Source: Calothrix sp. NIES-2100
GTDB lineage: Bacteria > Cyanobacteriota > Cyanobacteriia > Cyanobacteriales > Nostocaceae
DNA: 64,000 bases
NCBI GenBank assembly: GCA_002368195.1
Contig: AP018178.1
Span: 5,081,286-5,145,285 of the forward strand
Direction of reading: 5' to 3'
Made by a program: the position numbers and the translations under genes. Below, in pieces: positions 1 through 9,200 of the stretch (its first letter is position 1; the number at the start of each line of letters is the position of its first letter). The notes under the pieces are model-generated. The model did no database searches and was not told the DNA's origin. It worked only from the letters and a program-made list of their open reading frames with translations.

Positions 1-1066
1 TTTTGGGAGGGGAATCGCCTTTTTATTTGCCTGGGCGCGGATGACAGTAATTCAAACAGGTTCGATTGCACTGTTGGCATTTGTCTTTGGTGATTATGCT
101 TCTCAGATATGGCGGCTAGGCACATTTTCACCATCGATATATGCAGCAATAGCGATCGCACTTTTGACTGCTTTGAATATTGTCGGTTTGCAACAAGGTA
201 AATGGACGCAAAATTTGCTGACTGCGGCGAAAGTCTTAGGTTTGTTGCTGGTGGTAGTTATCGGGTTAACTGCCATACCGAATACCACCGCCCCTGTAGA
301 ACCTACAGCATCAGGTAACTGGGGACTAGCAATGGTGTTTGTGCTGTTGTCCTACGGTGGGTGGAACGAAGCAGCCTACATTGCGGCAGAAATTCAAAAT
401 AGACGACGCAATATTTTGCGATCGCTTTTATTAAGTATTGGGATTATTACCGCCATTTACTTGCTGATCAATTGGGCTTACCTGCGAGGCTTAGGGTTAG
501 CGAACATGGCTCAATCCGAAGCCGTAGCCGCAGATTTAATGCGATCGCTTTGGGGCGCACCTGGAGCCTTTTTTGTCAGTCTATTGATTGCAATTTGTAC
601 TTTAGGCGCAACCAACGCCACAATTTTTACCGGGGCGCGGACTAATTACGCTTTGGGACAAGATTTCGCGCTGTTTGGTTTTATGGGACATTGGCGACAA
701 CGCCCCAGCACTCCTACCTATGCCTTACTTTTGCAAGGTGCGATCGCAATGGCGCTGGTTGTCTTGGGTACTCTCACCCGCAAAGGCTTTGAAACAATGG
801 TAGATTACACCGCCCCAGTTTTTTGGTTTTTCTTCCTACTTTCAGGGATATCGCTGCTGGTGTTACGACAACGCGATCCCCAAATCACGCGATCGTTTCG
901 TGTCCCTTTATATCCTTTCACACCTTTACTTTTTTGTGCAGTTTGCGCCTATCTGCTTTATTCGAGCTTAGTTTATACCGGTGTCGGAGCAGTTGTCGGC
1001 GTTGTGGTTGTGGTAGCAGGGATACCTCTACTGCTCTGGAATAACTACCGTCAAGGTAGAGCTTAA
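1..1066 (+). CDS. Amino-acid permease (APC superfamily), 5'-truncated by window edge
   Basis: ORF 41..1066 stays open in-frame back to base 2 (no stop), so the gene starts upstream of the window. The product is highly hydrophobic and multi-TM, with G/A/L-rich helices typical of APC transporters. Confidence 0.6.
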   Translation, partial: FGRGIAFLFAWARMTVIQTGSIALLAFVFGDYASQIWRLGTFSPSIYAAIAIALLTALNIVGLQQGKWTQNLLTAAKVLGLLLVVVIGLTAIPNTTAPVEPTASGNWGLAMVFVLLSYGGWNEAAYIAAEIQNRRRNILRSLLLSIGIITAIYLLINWAYLRGLGLANMAQSEAVAADLMRSLWGAPGAFFVSLLIAICTLGATNATIFTGARTNYALGQDFALFGFMGHWRQRPSTPTYALLLQGAIAMALVVLGTLTRKGFETMVDYTAPVFWFFFLLSGISLLVLRQRDPQITRSFRVPLYPFTPLLFCAVCAYLLYSSLVYTGVGAVVGVVVVVAGIPLLLWNNYRQGRA

Positions 1067-1111
1067 TTGATTCAACATACCAAATACCAAATACCAAAAG
1101 GAAGTACAGTG

Positions 1112-1765
1112 ATGAATTTCTCCAAAATTCTGCTTTTACTAACTACAGGGTTTAGTGTTGTCAGCTTCGGAATTACTGGCTGTACAACTCCACAGCAAAA
1201 CTCAGAAGCAGAAACCCAACAACCCGCTGTCATTGTTCAGCAAACCGACACACCAACACCCACAACCACAGCCCAACCCCAAGAACGTCCTGGTGATGTT
1301 CCCTACGTTCCAACGCCACAGTCTGTGGTGGATGCAATGTTGAAAGTCGCCAAAGTTGGCAAAAATGATGTACTTTATGATCTTGGTAGTGGTGATGGCA
1401 GAATTGTAGTTACCGCCGCCCAAAAATTTGGTACACAAGGGGTAGGTGTAGATATCAACCCAGAACGGATTGAAGAAGCTAATCAGAATGCACAAAAAGC
1501 TGGAGTAAGCGATCGCGTCAAGTTTGTCCAGCAAGATTTATTCAACACTGATTTGAGTAAAGCGACGGTAGTCACACTCTACTTGCTACCTGATGTCAAT
1601 CTCAAGCTTCGCCCCAAACTATTTAAAGAACTCAAACCCGGTACTCGGATTGTTTCCCACGCCTTTGATATGGGTGATTGGAAACCCCAACAGACATTAA
1701 ATGTTGATGGCAAAACTATTTATTATTGGGTAGTTCCGGAAAATATTCCCACGAATTTACAATAG
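1112..1765 (+). CDS. Class I SAM-dependent methyltransferase, probable lipoprotein
   Basis: Motif I 'VLYDLGSGDGRIV' and an acidic 'GVDINPERIE' motif II. The N-terminus has a signal peptide ending in the lipobox 'ITGC', followed by a Pro/Thr-rich linker. The start is placed at the ATG at 1112, which has an AAAGGAAG Shine-Dalgarno upstream; the longer ORF begins at 1067. Confidence 0.7.
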   Translation: MNFSKILLLLTTGFSVVSFGITGCTTPQQNSEAETQQPAVIVQQTDTPTPTTTAQPQERPGDVPYVPTPQSVVDAMLKVAKVGKNDVLYDLGSGDGRIVVTAAQKFGTQGVGVDINPERIEEANQNAQKAGVSDRVKFVQQDLFNTDLSKATVVTLYLLPDVNLKLRPKLFKELKPGTRIVSHAFDMGDWKPQQTLNVDGKTIYYWVVPENIPTNLQ

Positions 1766-1766
1766 T

Positions 1767-1803
1767 CATTTGTCATTTGTCATTTGTCATTTGTTATTTG
1801 TTA
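1767..1803. repeat. STRR-type heptamer tandem repeat (CATTTGT)x5
   Basis: Direct read: catttgtcatttgtcatttgtcatttgttatttgtt. Confidence 0.9.
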
Positions 1804-1844
1804 ACGGCTTTTTTCAACTTAAGCTTTCTTTTTGTTGAGAGGTC

Positions 1845-1907
1845 GTAGGGGCTGGTTTACAGATATGATCCAATCATTTACGAATATCTGGGTTAACCCG
1901 CCCCTAC
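1845..1907. mobile_element. MITE-like element with 16-bp terminal inverted repeats GTAGGGGCGGGTTTAC
   Basis: gtaggggctggtttac ... gttaacccgcccctac. The same terminal inverted repeats recur at 3991-4052 and 23956-24043. Confidence 0.6.
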
Positions 1908-2017
1908 CGTTTGTGAGCAATACGAGTAGTAGTCAACCACATCAATTTTCTGGGATACAAGATACCCGACTAGTTTAAAAATTTGGGTATCTCATCCTTC
2001 ACATTGCGCCAAGGTAG

Positions 2018-3400
2018 TTATATTGCTCGTGAGAAGTGTTTTTCTTTGGCTCGAATATGGTTATCGAAGATGACAGCAATATTTCTCACCAACAATCGAC
2101 CAATATCTGTAATTAAGATGTAGTTTTTGGATAAACTCACCAGCCCATCAGCTTCTAGAGGCTTTAAAATCTCTAATTCGTGGGCGAAGTATTCATCAAA
2201 ACAGATTTGATATTTATCAGTGATGTCTTGTTTGTGCAACTGAAAGTGAGACATAATACCCATGATGACATCGCGTCTAATAATGTCATCTTGTGTGAGT
2301 TTAATTCCTTTACTCAAAGGTAAAGTATCCTCAGAAATTGCCTGATAATATTCCTTCAGTTGCTTGTGGTTTTGAAAATAAGCATCTTCTAACATGCTGA
2401 TAGATGTAGCACCAAACCCAAAAAGTTCCGTTTCCGCGTGGGTGGTGTAGCCTTGAAAGTTACGCTTGAGAGTGCCATTGCGTTGCGCGATCGCTAGTTC
2501 ATCATTAGATTTAGCAAAATGATCCATCCCAATAAACATATACTCGTTATTGGTCAGTTCTTCAATGGTCATTTTGAGAATTTCTAACTTTTCCTGTGGT
2601 AGTGGTAAAGCCTCTTCAGGAATATTTTTTTGTGCTGGTTTAATCCAGGGTATATAAGCAAAATTAAAAACAACAATCCTGTCAGGATCTAATTCAATTG
2701 TCTTTTTGATAGTTTCCCGAAAAGTTTGCCGAGTTTGATAAGGTAAACCATAAATCAGGTCTACATTCACACTTTCAAATTGGGCTTCTCTCACCCAACT
2801 CATGACATCAAACAGCATTTCCTCCGGCTGGATGCGATTTATTGCTACTTGAACTTCGTGATTAAAATCTTGAATGCCAAAACTAATGCGATTAAACCCA
2901 ATTTTCCTCAGAAATAAAATGTAGTCTCTATCTACATAGCGGGGATTAATCTCAATCGAAATTTCTGCTTTTGGGTCAATAGTAAAGTGTTGCGTGATGT
3001 GTTTCCAGATAAATTCTACTTGCTCAGGCTCTAAGTAATTAGGAGTACCGCCACCCCAATGGATTTGCAGTACTTTGCGCTCGGAATCGATTAAAGCGGC
3101 GGTTTGCTGAATATCTTTAACCAAATTCTCTAGGTAAGGTTTGGCAATATTCTTGTTGTTAGAAATTACCGTATTACAGCCGCAAAAGTAGCAAGCACTT
3201 TGACAAAAGGGGATGTGGAAATATAAAGATAGGGGCGTTTTTCTTTGATTTGAGGCGGCGATCGCATTTTGTAATTCATCTAAGGTGAATGCTTCGCTTA
3301 ACTCAGTAGCAGGTGGGTAACTGGTGTATCTGGGTGCAGGTGCATCATACTTTTGGATCATTTCCAAATCAAATTTGACACCAGGTAAGAGAAAAACCAT
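2018..3400 (-). CDS. hemN: Oxygen-independent coproporphyrinogen III oxidase (radical SAM HemN)
   Basis: 'CQSACYFCGCN' is the CxxxCxxC radical-SAM cluster motif, and 'MIQKYDAPAPRYTSYPP' is the canonical HemN N-terminus. The likely start is the ATG preceded by GGAGG (around 3400) rather than the ORF maximum at 3646. Confidence 0.85.
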   Translation of the reverse strand: MVFLLPGVKFDLEMIQKYDAPAPRYTSYPPATELSEAFTLDELQNAIAASNQRKTPLSLYFHIPFCQSACYFCGCNTVISNNKNIAKPYLENLVKDIQQTAALIDSERKVLQIHWGGGTPNYLEPEQVEFIWKHITQHFTIDPKAEISIEINPRYVDRDYILFLRKIGFNRISFGIQDFNHEVQVAINRIQPEEMLFDVMSWVREAQFESVNVDLIYGLPYQTRQTFRETIKKTIELDPDRIVVFNFAYIPWIKPAQKNIPEEALPLPQEKLEILKMTIEELTNNEYMFIGMDHFAKSNDELAIAQRNGTLKRNFQGYTTHAETELFGFGATSISMLEDAYFQNHKQLKEYYQAISEDTLPLSKGIKLTQDDIIRRDVIMGIMSHFQLHKQDITDKYQICFDEYFAHELEILKPLEADGLVSLSKNYILITDIGRLLVRNIAVIFDNHIRAKEKHFSRAI

Positions 3401-3920
3401 CAAAACCTCCGAAGTAATGCGACAATGCGACCTTGCGGCTTTTGCTTGTATGGGGATGTGGTACGACTGCGCGGTAGTTGAGCGTAGCCGAAACTCACCA
3501 ACGGGGATATGGGGGGATACCCGGCTGCTGTAGGCGCTCATCTGCTCTTGTGTCCGCATCTTTTCCCATTGGTAATCAGTCTCGAAAAATTTATTGAACT
3601 CAGGACTTACGCAGGTGTTGTGGATTTGTGCTTCCTTCATGTTCAATCGCTAGAACTCTAGGCAAAAGAGCCACAGACTCAGGATGTCTGCTAGTTCACA
3701 GTCAATGCCAGAGTTCGAGAATTGTTATTCTGGGGTTAGGCAAGATTCGCATCACTCTATCCAGCAAGTATTATGCCGATGCGTAGAACCAAAGGTTCTT
3801 ACCCTGGGGTATCGCTGCCATTTTTCTTTCTCCCAAAATTATTTAACTATTTCTATTTGTATAACTATAAAGCTATTAATATTTCTTTATCTTTGTCTGT
3901 GTGTGAAGGCACATATTAAT

Positions 3921-4086
3921 GGGGCATGGGGCATTGGGCATAGGGCATTGGTTAACAGTCAACAGTCAACCGTCAACCGTCAACAGTCTGTAGGGGCGGG
4001 TTTACCGAGATTCGGGTTATAAAAGCGAAGATATTTGTAAACCCGCCCGTACCGCAGTCAACCGTCAACCGTCAACCGTCAACCCT
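3921..4086. repeat. STRR heptamer arrays (GGGCATK, CAACMGT) surrounding a second MITE-like copy (3991-4052)
   Basis: gggcatggggcattgggcatagggcattgg; caacagtcaacagtcaaccgtcaaccgtcaacagtc; gtaggggcgggtttac...gtaaacccgcccgtac; cagtcaaccgtcaaccgtcaaccgtcaaccc. Confidence 0.85.
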
Positions 4087-4167
4087 TCGATTTGCAGAAC
4101 TTAACTATTCAGAACAATATTTTATGCTTATATAACTATTGGGAGATTAACTTACTAAAGGATTCGC

Positions 4168-5244
4168 ATGGTGAAGTCCCTGGAAACGCCGGAGCCTCAG
4201 ATACTGAAGCCAGGTATTAAAGCACCTGTGCAGGAAACATTATTAACACCCCGGTTTTATACTACTGACTTCGACGCGATGGAGAAGTTAGATATTTCCG
4301 CCAATGAGGCTGAGTTATTAGCAATTGTTGAGGAGTTAAGGGCTGATTATAACCGCCATCATTTTGTGCGTGATGATGAATTTAAACAATGTTGGGATCA
4401 CATTGATGGCGAAACGCGGCGTTCGTTTATTGACTTTTTAGAACGTTCTTGTACTTCAGAGTTCTCTGGGTTTTTATTGTTTAAAGAATTGTCGCGCCGC
4501 CTGAAAGAAAAGAACCCAATTTTGGCAGAAGCTTTTCAATTAATGGCAAGAGATGAAGCACGCCATGCAGGTTTTCTCAATAAATCAATGGCTGATTTTA
4601 ATCTTTCCTTAGATTTAAGCTATTTGACCAAAAGTCGTACCTATACATTTTTCCCGCCAGAGTGGATTATTTACACAGTCTACCTATCGGAGAAAATAGG
4701 GTACTGGCGCTATATTTTAATGTATCGCCATTTGCAGAAAAATCCCCAATATCAATTCTATCCCCTCTTCCGAAAATTTGAAAGTTGGTGCCAGGATGAG
4801 AATCGACATGGAGATTTCTTTAAAGCATTGCTCAGGTCACAACCAAAATTATGGAAGAATTGGAAAGCGCGGTTGTGGGTGCGGTTCTTCCTGCTGACGG
4901 TGTTTGTCACCCATACAATTACAGTATTTGAACGCGCCAGTTTCTATGAATCTATTGGCATACATCCGCGCCATTATAATAACAGAGTCATTCAAGAGAC
5001 AAATAACACCGCCGCCAGAGCATTCCCCATCATTTTAGATACCAATCACCCGGCATTTTTCTGGCGATTAGAGCAGTGTTACCAAAATAATCAGAAATTG
5101 GCAGAGATTAACAAGAGCGATCGCTCTAATTTTGTCAAGTTCTGGCTAAAAGTACCAGCGATTACCGCAATTATCTGGCACATGTTGCGGATTTATCTGG
5201 TTAAACCAATTAACGCGGAGTTGACACGGGAAACAGTTCTGTGA
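4168..5244 (+). CDS. acsF: Mg-protoporphyrin IX monomethyl ester oxidative cyclase (aerobic cyclase, diiron)
   Basis: Two E-x-x-H diiron motifs ('DEARHAGF', 'DENRHGDF'). The ~358-aa length and overall composition are typical of AcsF/ChlA/CHL27. Confidence 0.85.
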   Translation: MVKSLETPEPQILKPGIKAPVQETLLTPRFYTTDFDAMEKLDISANEAELLAIVEELRADYNRHHFVRDDEFKQCWDHIDGETRRSFIDFLERSCTSEFSGFLLFKELSRRLKEKNPILAEAFQLMARDEARHAGFLNKSMADFNLSLDLSYLTKSRTYTFFPPEWIIYTVYLSEKIGYWRYILMYRHLQKNPQYQFYPLFRKFESWCQDENRHGDFFKALLRSQPKLWKNWKARLWVRFFLLTVFVTHTITVFERASFYESIGIHPRHYNNRVIQETNNTAARAFPIILDTNHPAFFWRLEQCYQNNQKLAEINKSDRSNFVKFWLKVPAITAIIWHMLRIYLVKPINAELTRETVL

Positions 5245-5330
5245 ACAAAGCAGGAAGCAGAAGAACTTTGACAATGTTACTAACGCCCATTGGTGTCAAC
5301 TTAAGTTAAAAGGCTTATCCCACAAGCGTT

Positions 5331-5405
5331 TTACCCCTCCCCTTAATCCCCTCCCCGTAAACGGGGAGGGGACGTTTTGGCTTTAGACAAAACTGGGGTG
5401 GGGTA
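5331..5405. repeat. Dispersed hairpin repeat (CCCCTTAATCCCCTCCCCGTAAACGGGGAGGGG core with outer GGGGTGGGG inverted repeats)
   Basis: A perfect inverted repeat is visible. A related copy lies at 22609-22683, and a degenerate in-ORF copy at 6400-6545. Confidence 0.8.
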
Positions 5406-5666
5406 ACGCGGATCGTGATGGTAGGCAATTTGATTCTAAATAACGTCTTGGCAAGGGTTTCGCGTTAAGTTGACACCTATGACTAGCGCCGTGCGCCTAC
5501 CGTGTAATCTTTCGCAATTACTAATTACTAGTCTGCCAGGGTTGAAATGAGGGACAGTAGTGTGAGCGTCTCGCTCACGCGGGCAAGATGCCCGCACTAC
5601 CAAAAACCCCTCAAAACAAAATTGACAGACTAAGTAGCTCAACCTAAATAAATATCATATGCTTTT

Positions 5667-5799
5667 GTCATTGCGTAAAGCCTTCTCTACGAGACGCTGC
5701 GCGAACGGCATAGCTTCGCTTAACGCGCAGCGTCTCGAAGAGAGGAACGAAGCAATCCCAGTCCACAGCGATTGCTTCGTCGTTCCTCCTCGCAATGAC
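5667..5799. repeat. Nested inverted-repeat element (about 130 bp, MITE-like)
   Basis: Outer inverted repeat gtcattgcg/cgcaatgac. Inner inverted repeats tctctacgagacgctgcgcg/cgcgcagcgtctcgaagaga and aggaacgaagcaatc/gattgcttcgtcgttcct. A related motif 'tctctgcgagacgctccgcgaacg' occurs at 47005-47170. Confidence 0.7.
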
Positions 5800-5829
5800 A
5801 TCTGACGTTTAATTATGTTGACCTACTTA

Positions 5830-6072
5830 TTACCTTTTCACCTTTGGCTTGCTGTCCTCCTTTTTCGGCGTTTTTTCCTCTAAGCTTTTGACTTTGACCA
5901 ATACTGGAATATATTGTTGAATCAACCATGTTAAAGTCTCAAGAGTTGAGTTACCTTGGTCAATACGGGTTTTGGCTTGTAAGCCAATTAGGAATAGTTG
6001 CATTGCCAGTAACAAAGCAATAGTTTTACCCAGAATATCTTGGCGTTGGCGTTTCATGTGTTTGCCCCTCAA
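5830..6072 (-). CDS. Small Lys-rich hypothetical protein (80 aa) with one predicted TM helix
   Basis: ORF only, no recognisable domain. It is divergent from the NB-ARC gene. Confidence 0.25.
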   Translation of the reverse strand: MRGKHMKRQRQDILGKTIALLLAMQLFLIGLQAKTRIDQGNSTLETLTWLIQQYIPVLVKVKSLEEKTPKKEDSKPKVKR

Positions 6073-6225
6073 AGAGTTGGTAGCTAAAGCATCTCTTTGG
6101 GGTTGTGTCCCTAAGCAAATACCCCAAACTCAGGGAAAATGCTTTAAAATCAGGATTCAATAAGCTTGGGGTAGTAGTTTTAAATTGGGGTAGCCCTCAA
6201 CTTTCTGGTCGATTTTGGCAATGCA

Positions 6226-9200
6226 ATGGCGCGAGAATCTAGTAAAGGCCCTGTAATTCAAAAGCGAGTTAAGCGTCTGTTAGAGGCGTTGCTTTGTTTT
6301 GCAGATGGGGAAGTTGAGGAAGATAAGTTTAAGATTAAGTACCGCTGGACAGAAGAAGACAGCGCTAACCCCAAGCTGACTATTGAAACAACGCTGGTAA
6401 GGTTGGAGGCGTTGACTGGTGCAGTCCGGAACCCCACCCCTAACCCCTCCTCCGAAGTTTGCTCAACGGGGGGAACCCCCGCACGCAACTTCTCTCCGCA
6501 AGCGAGGAGGGGAAAAGATGATGGGGGGGAGAAGTTAACTAAAGCGCAAATTCGAGAAGCGCTGAATTTACTGAAGGATTTTGTGAAAATTCTGGAAGAT
6601 AACCGGATTCATACCCAGGGTTCTGATGACTGGCACTTTACTTTAAAGCTATGGTCAAGGGATAAAGAAAAGAACCTGAAACGGTTTGATGAGGTATGGG
6701 AAAGCAACAAACCAAAGAAATCTAAAGAACTAGAAGCTAATTACACTGAAGATGAGGGTGTTGCTGTTGTACCCCAAACTAAGCTGGCAATATTTCAAGC
6801 GCCACCTTTACCTGCACACTTTGTTGAACGCCCAGAATACAGCGATGAATTAAAGACGCGCTTCCTCACAGAAGATAATCGCACTTTGGTAATTACGGCG
6901 ATTCACGGTTTGGGTTCTGTGGGTAAATCGACCTTAGCCGCAGCTTTAGCAGTAGATGCAGAAGTACAAACGCGGTTTTGTGATGGGATTTTGTGGGCTA
7001 CATTAGGTCAAAAGCCTGATGTGCTGTCTTTAATTAGTGGCTGGGTGCAAGCGTTAGGAGACTATAGCTTTAAACCTACCAGTGTAGAAGCTACTTCTAC
7101 TCATTTACGGACGCTGCTTTATGACAAAGCTGTGTTGTTAGTGGTTGATGATGCATGGAATACGCAAGATGCACAAGCGTTTAATGTGGGTGGGGTGCGG
7201 TGTCAGGTTTTAGTCACAACTCGTGAAGGGGCAATTGCCGAAGCCTTAGCAGCTAGCACGTACAGCCTGGATATCATGAAACCAAGTCAGGCTATGGCAT
7301 TGCTGACGAAGAAATTAAGACGCGAAATTACAGGTGCAGAACGTCAGTCAGCCGAAAATTTAGCTCAAGGCGTTGGTTATCTCCCCCTAGCCTTGGAACT
7401 TGCAGCCGCCGAAGTTGCTAGTGGTACAACTTGGGATGAATTATTGGCGGATATTCGGCAAGAGGTAGCGAGATTAACAAGTTTTGACAGACCGGAAGCG
7501 GAAGAAATTACCGATGAGGCGAGTTTAAAACGCCTGAGTTTAACGGCATCATTAAATTTGAGTGTCAAGCGAATGCCTCAAGAAAAGCAGCAGCATTTTG
7601 CTCGGTTAGGGGTGTTGCCGGAGGATGTCAACATTAATAAGATGATGGCAGGGACGCTGTGGGGAATGGGTGAGCGTGATGCTGCTAAGATGTTGCAATA
7701 TTTACGGAATAAGGCATTGCTATTAACAGGAGTACCCCTTGCTGATGGTACGCCTACCTATCGGTTACATGACTTATTCCATGATTTAGCCTGTAATTTG
7801 TTAACTGCTGCGCCACAGCCAAAGCGGATAGGAGATTTGCCAGGGTTAGGTTTACAACTTGTTGATGCTCACGCTGCTTTTTTGGAGAAATATCGGCAGA
7901 AAATACACAAGAATTTATGGCATACCTTGCCTAATGATGGTTACATTCATCAGCATTTAGTTTGGCATTTGGAGAAAGCGGGACGAGTTGAAGAGATTCA
8001 CTCTTTATTGCGGGAAGAGTCGGCAACTGGTAACAATGGCTGGTATGAAGCACGAGAAAAATTAGCACAAACTGGGGGTTACATTACAGATATATCTCGT
8101 GCTTGGGAATTAGCAGAAGCGAATTGGAATGAATCAACTACGCCGCAAGTGGTGGGTTGGCAATGTCGCTATGCTTTGATTACGGCATCTCTTAATAGTT
8201 TGGCAGCTAATGTACCAATAGAACTGCTGGTTGCGTTGGTCAAAAATAATCTGTGGACTGCTGAACAAGGACTAGCTTACGCTTTGCAAAACCCTGAACC
8301 AAAGCAGAAAGTTGATGCCTTTGCACAACTAGCCAACTATTTGCCGCCAAATTTAGAAAGACTAGCACTGTCAGAAGCACTCGTTACTGCTAGGGCGATT
8401 CATGATGAGTCTGATCGCGCCTCTGCCCTCAGTGTCTTAGCCGACAAACTACCACAAGAGTTGTTGCCAGAAGCACTCAGTGCTGCCAAGTCGATTCAGG
8501 ATGAGTATTCTCGTGCCCTAGCCCTCAGTTCCCTAGCAGAAAAACTGCCAGAGGTATTGCCAGAAGCTCTCAGTGCCGCCAGGGTGATTCAAGATGAGTA
8601 TTCTCGCGCCTTAGCCCTCAGTTCCCTAGCAGAAAAACTGCCAGAGGTATTGCCAGAAGCTCTCAGTGCCGCCAGGGTGATTCAAGATGAGTATTCTTGG
8701 GCACAAGCCCTAAGAGCCTTAGCTAAAAAACTGCCACCAGAATTATTGACAGAAATACTCAGTGCCGCCACATCGATTCAGGATGGGTTTTCTCGCGCCA
8801 ATGCCCTCAGTGCCTTAGCAGAAAAACTGCCACCAGAATTATTGCCAGAAGCACTCGCTGCCGTCAGGCCGATTCAGGATGAGTATTATCGTGCCAATGC
8901 CCTCAGTGCCTTAGCAGAAAAACTGCCACCAGAGTTATTGCCAGAAGCACTCAAAGCCGCCAGGGCGATTCAGGATGAATATTCTCGCGCCTTAGCCCTC
9001 AGTGCCTTAGTAGAAAAACTGCCACAAGAATTATTGCCAGAAGCGCTCGCTGCCGCCAGGGCGATTCAGGATGAGTATTCTCGCGCCTTAGCCCTCAGTG
9101 CCTTAGTAGAAAAACTGCCACAAGAATTATTGCCAGAAGCACTCGCTGCCGCTAGGGCGATTCAGGATAAAAAATATAGTGCTGATGTCCTCAGTGCCCT

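Noticed and set aside
103-1534. Small antisense/overlapping ORFs (103..288-, 823..1044+, 1155..1343+, 1202..1534-)
   Set aside because: They are embedded in strongly supported genes (the permease and the methyltransferase) on the other strand or in another frame.
5436-5642. 68-aa ORF in the acsF downstream intergenic region
   Set aside because: It overlaps the hairpin repeat and structured DNA, it is Cys/Arg-rich with odd composition, and it has no ribosome-binding site.
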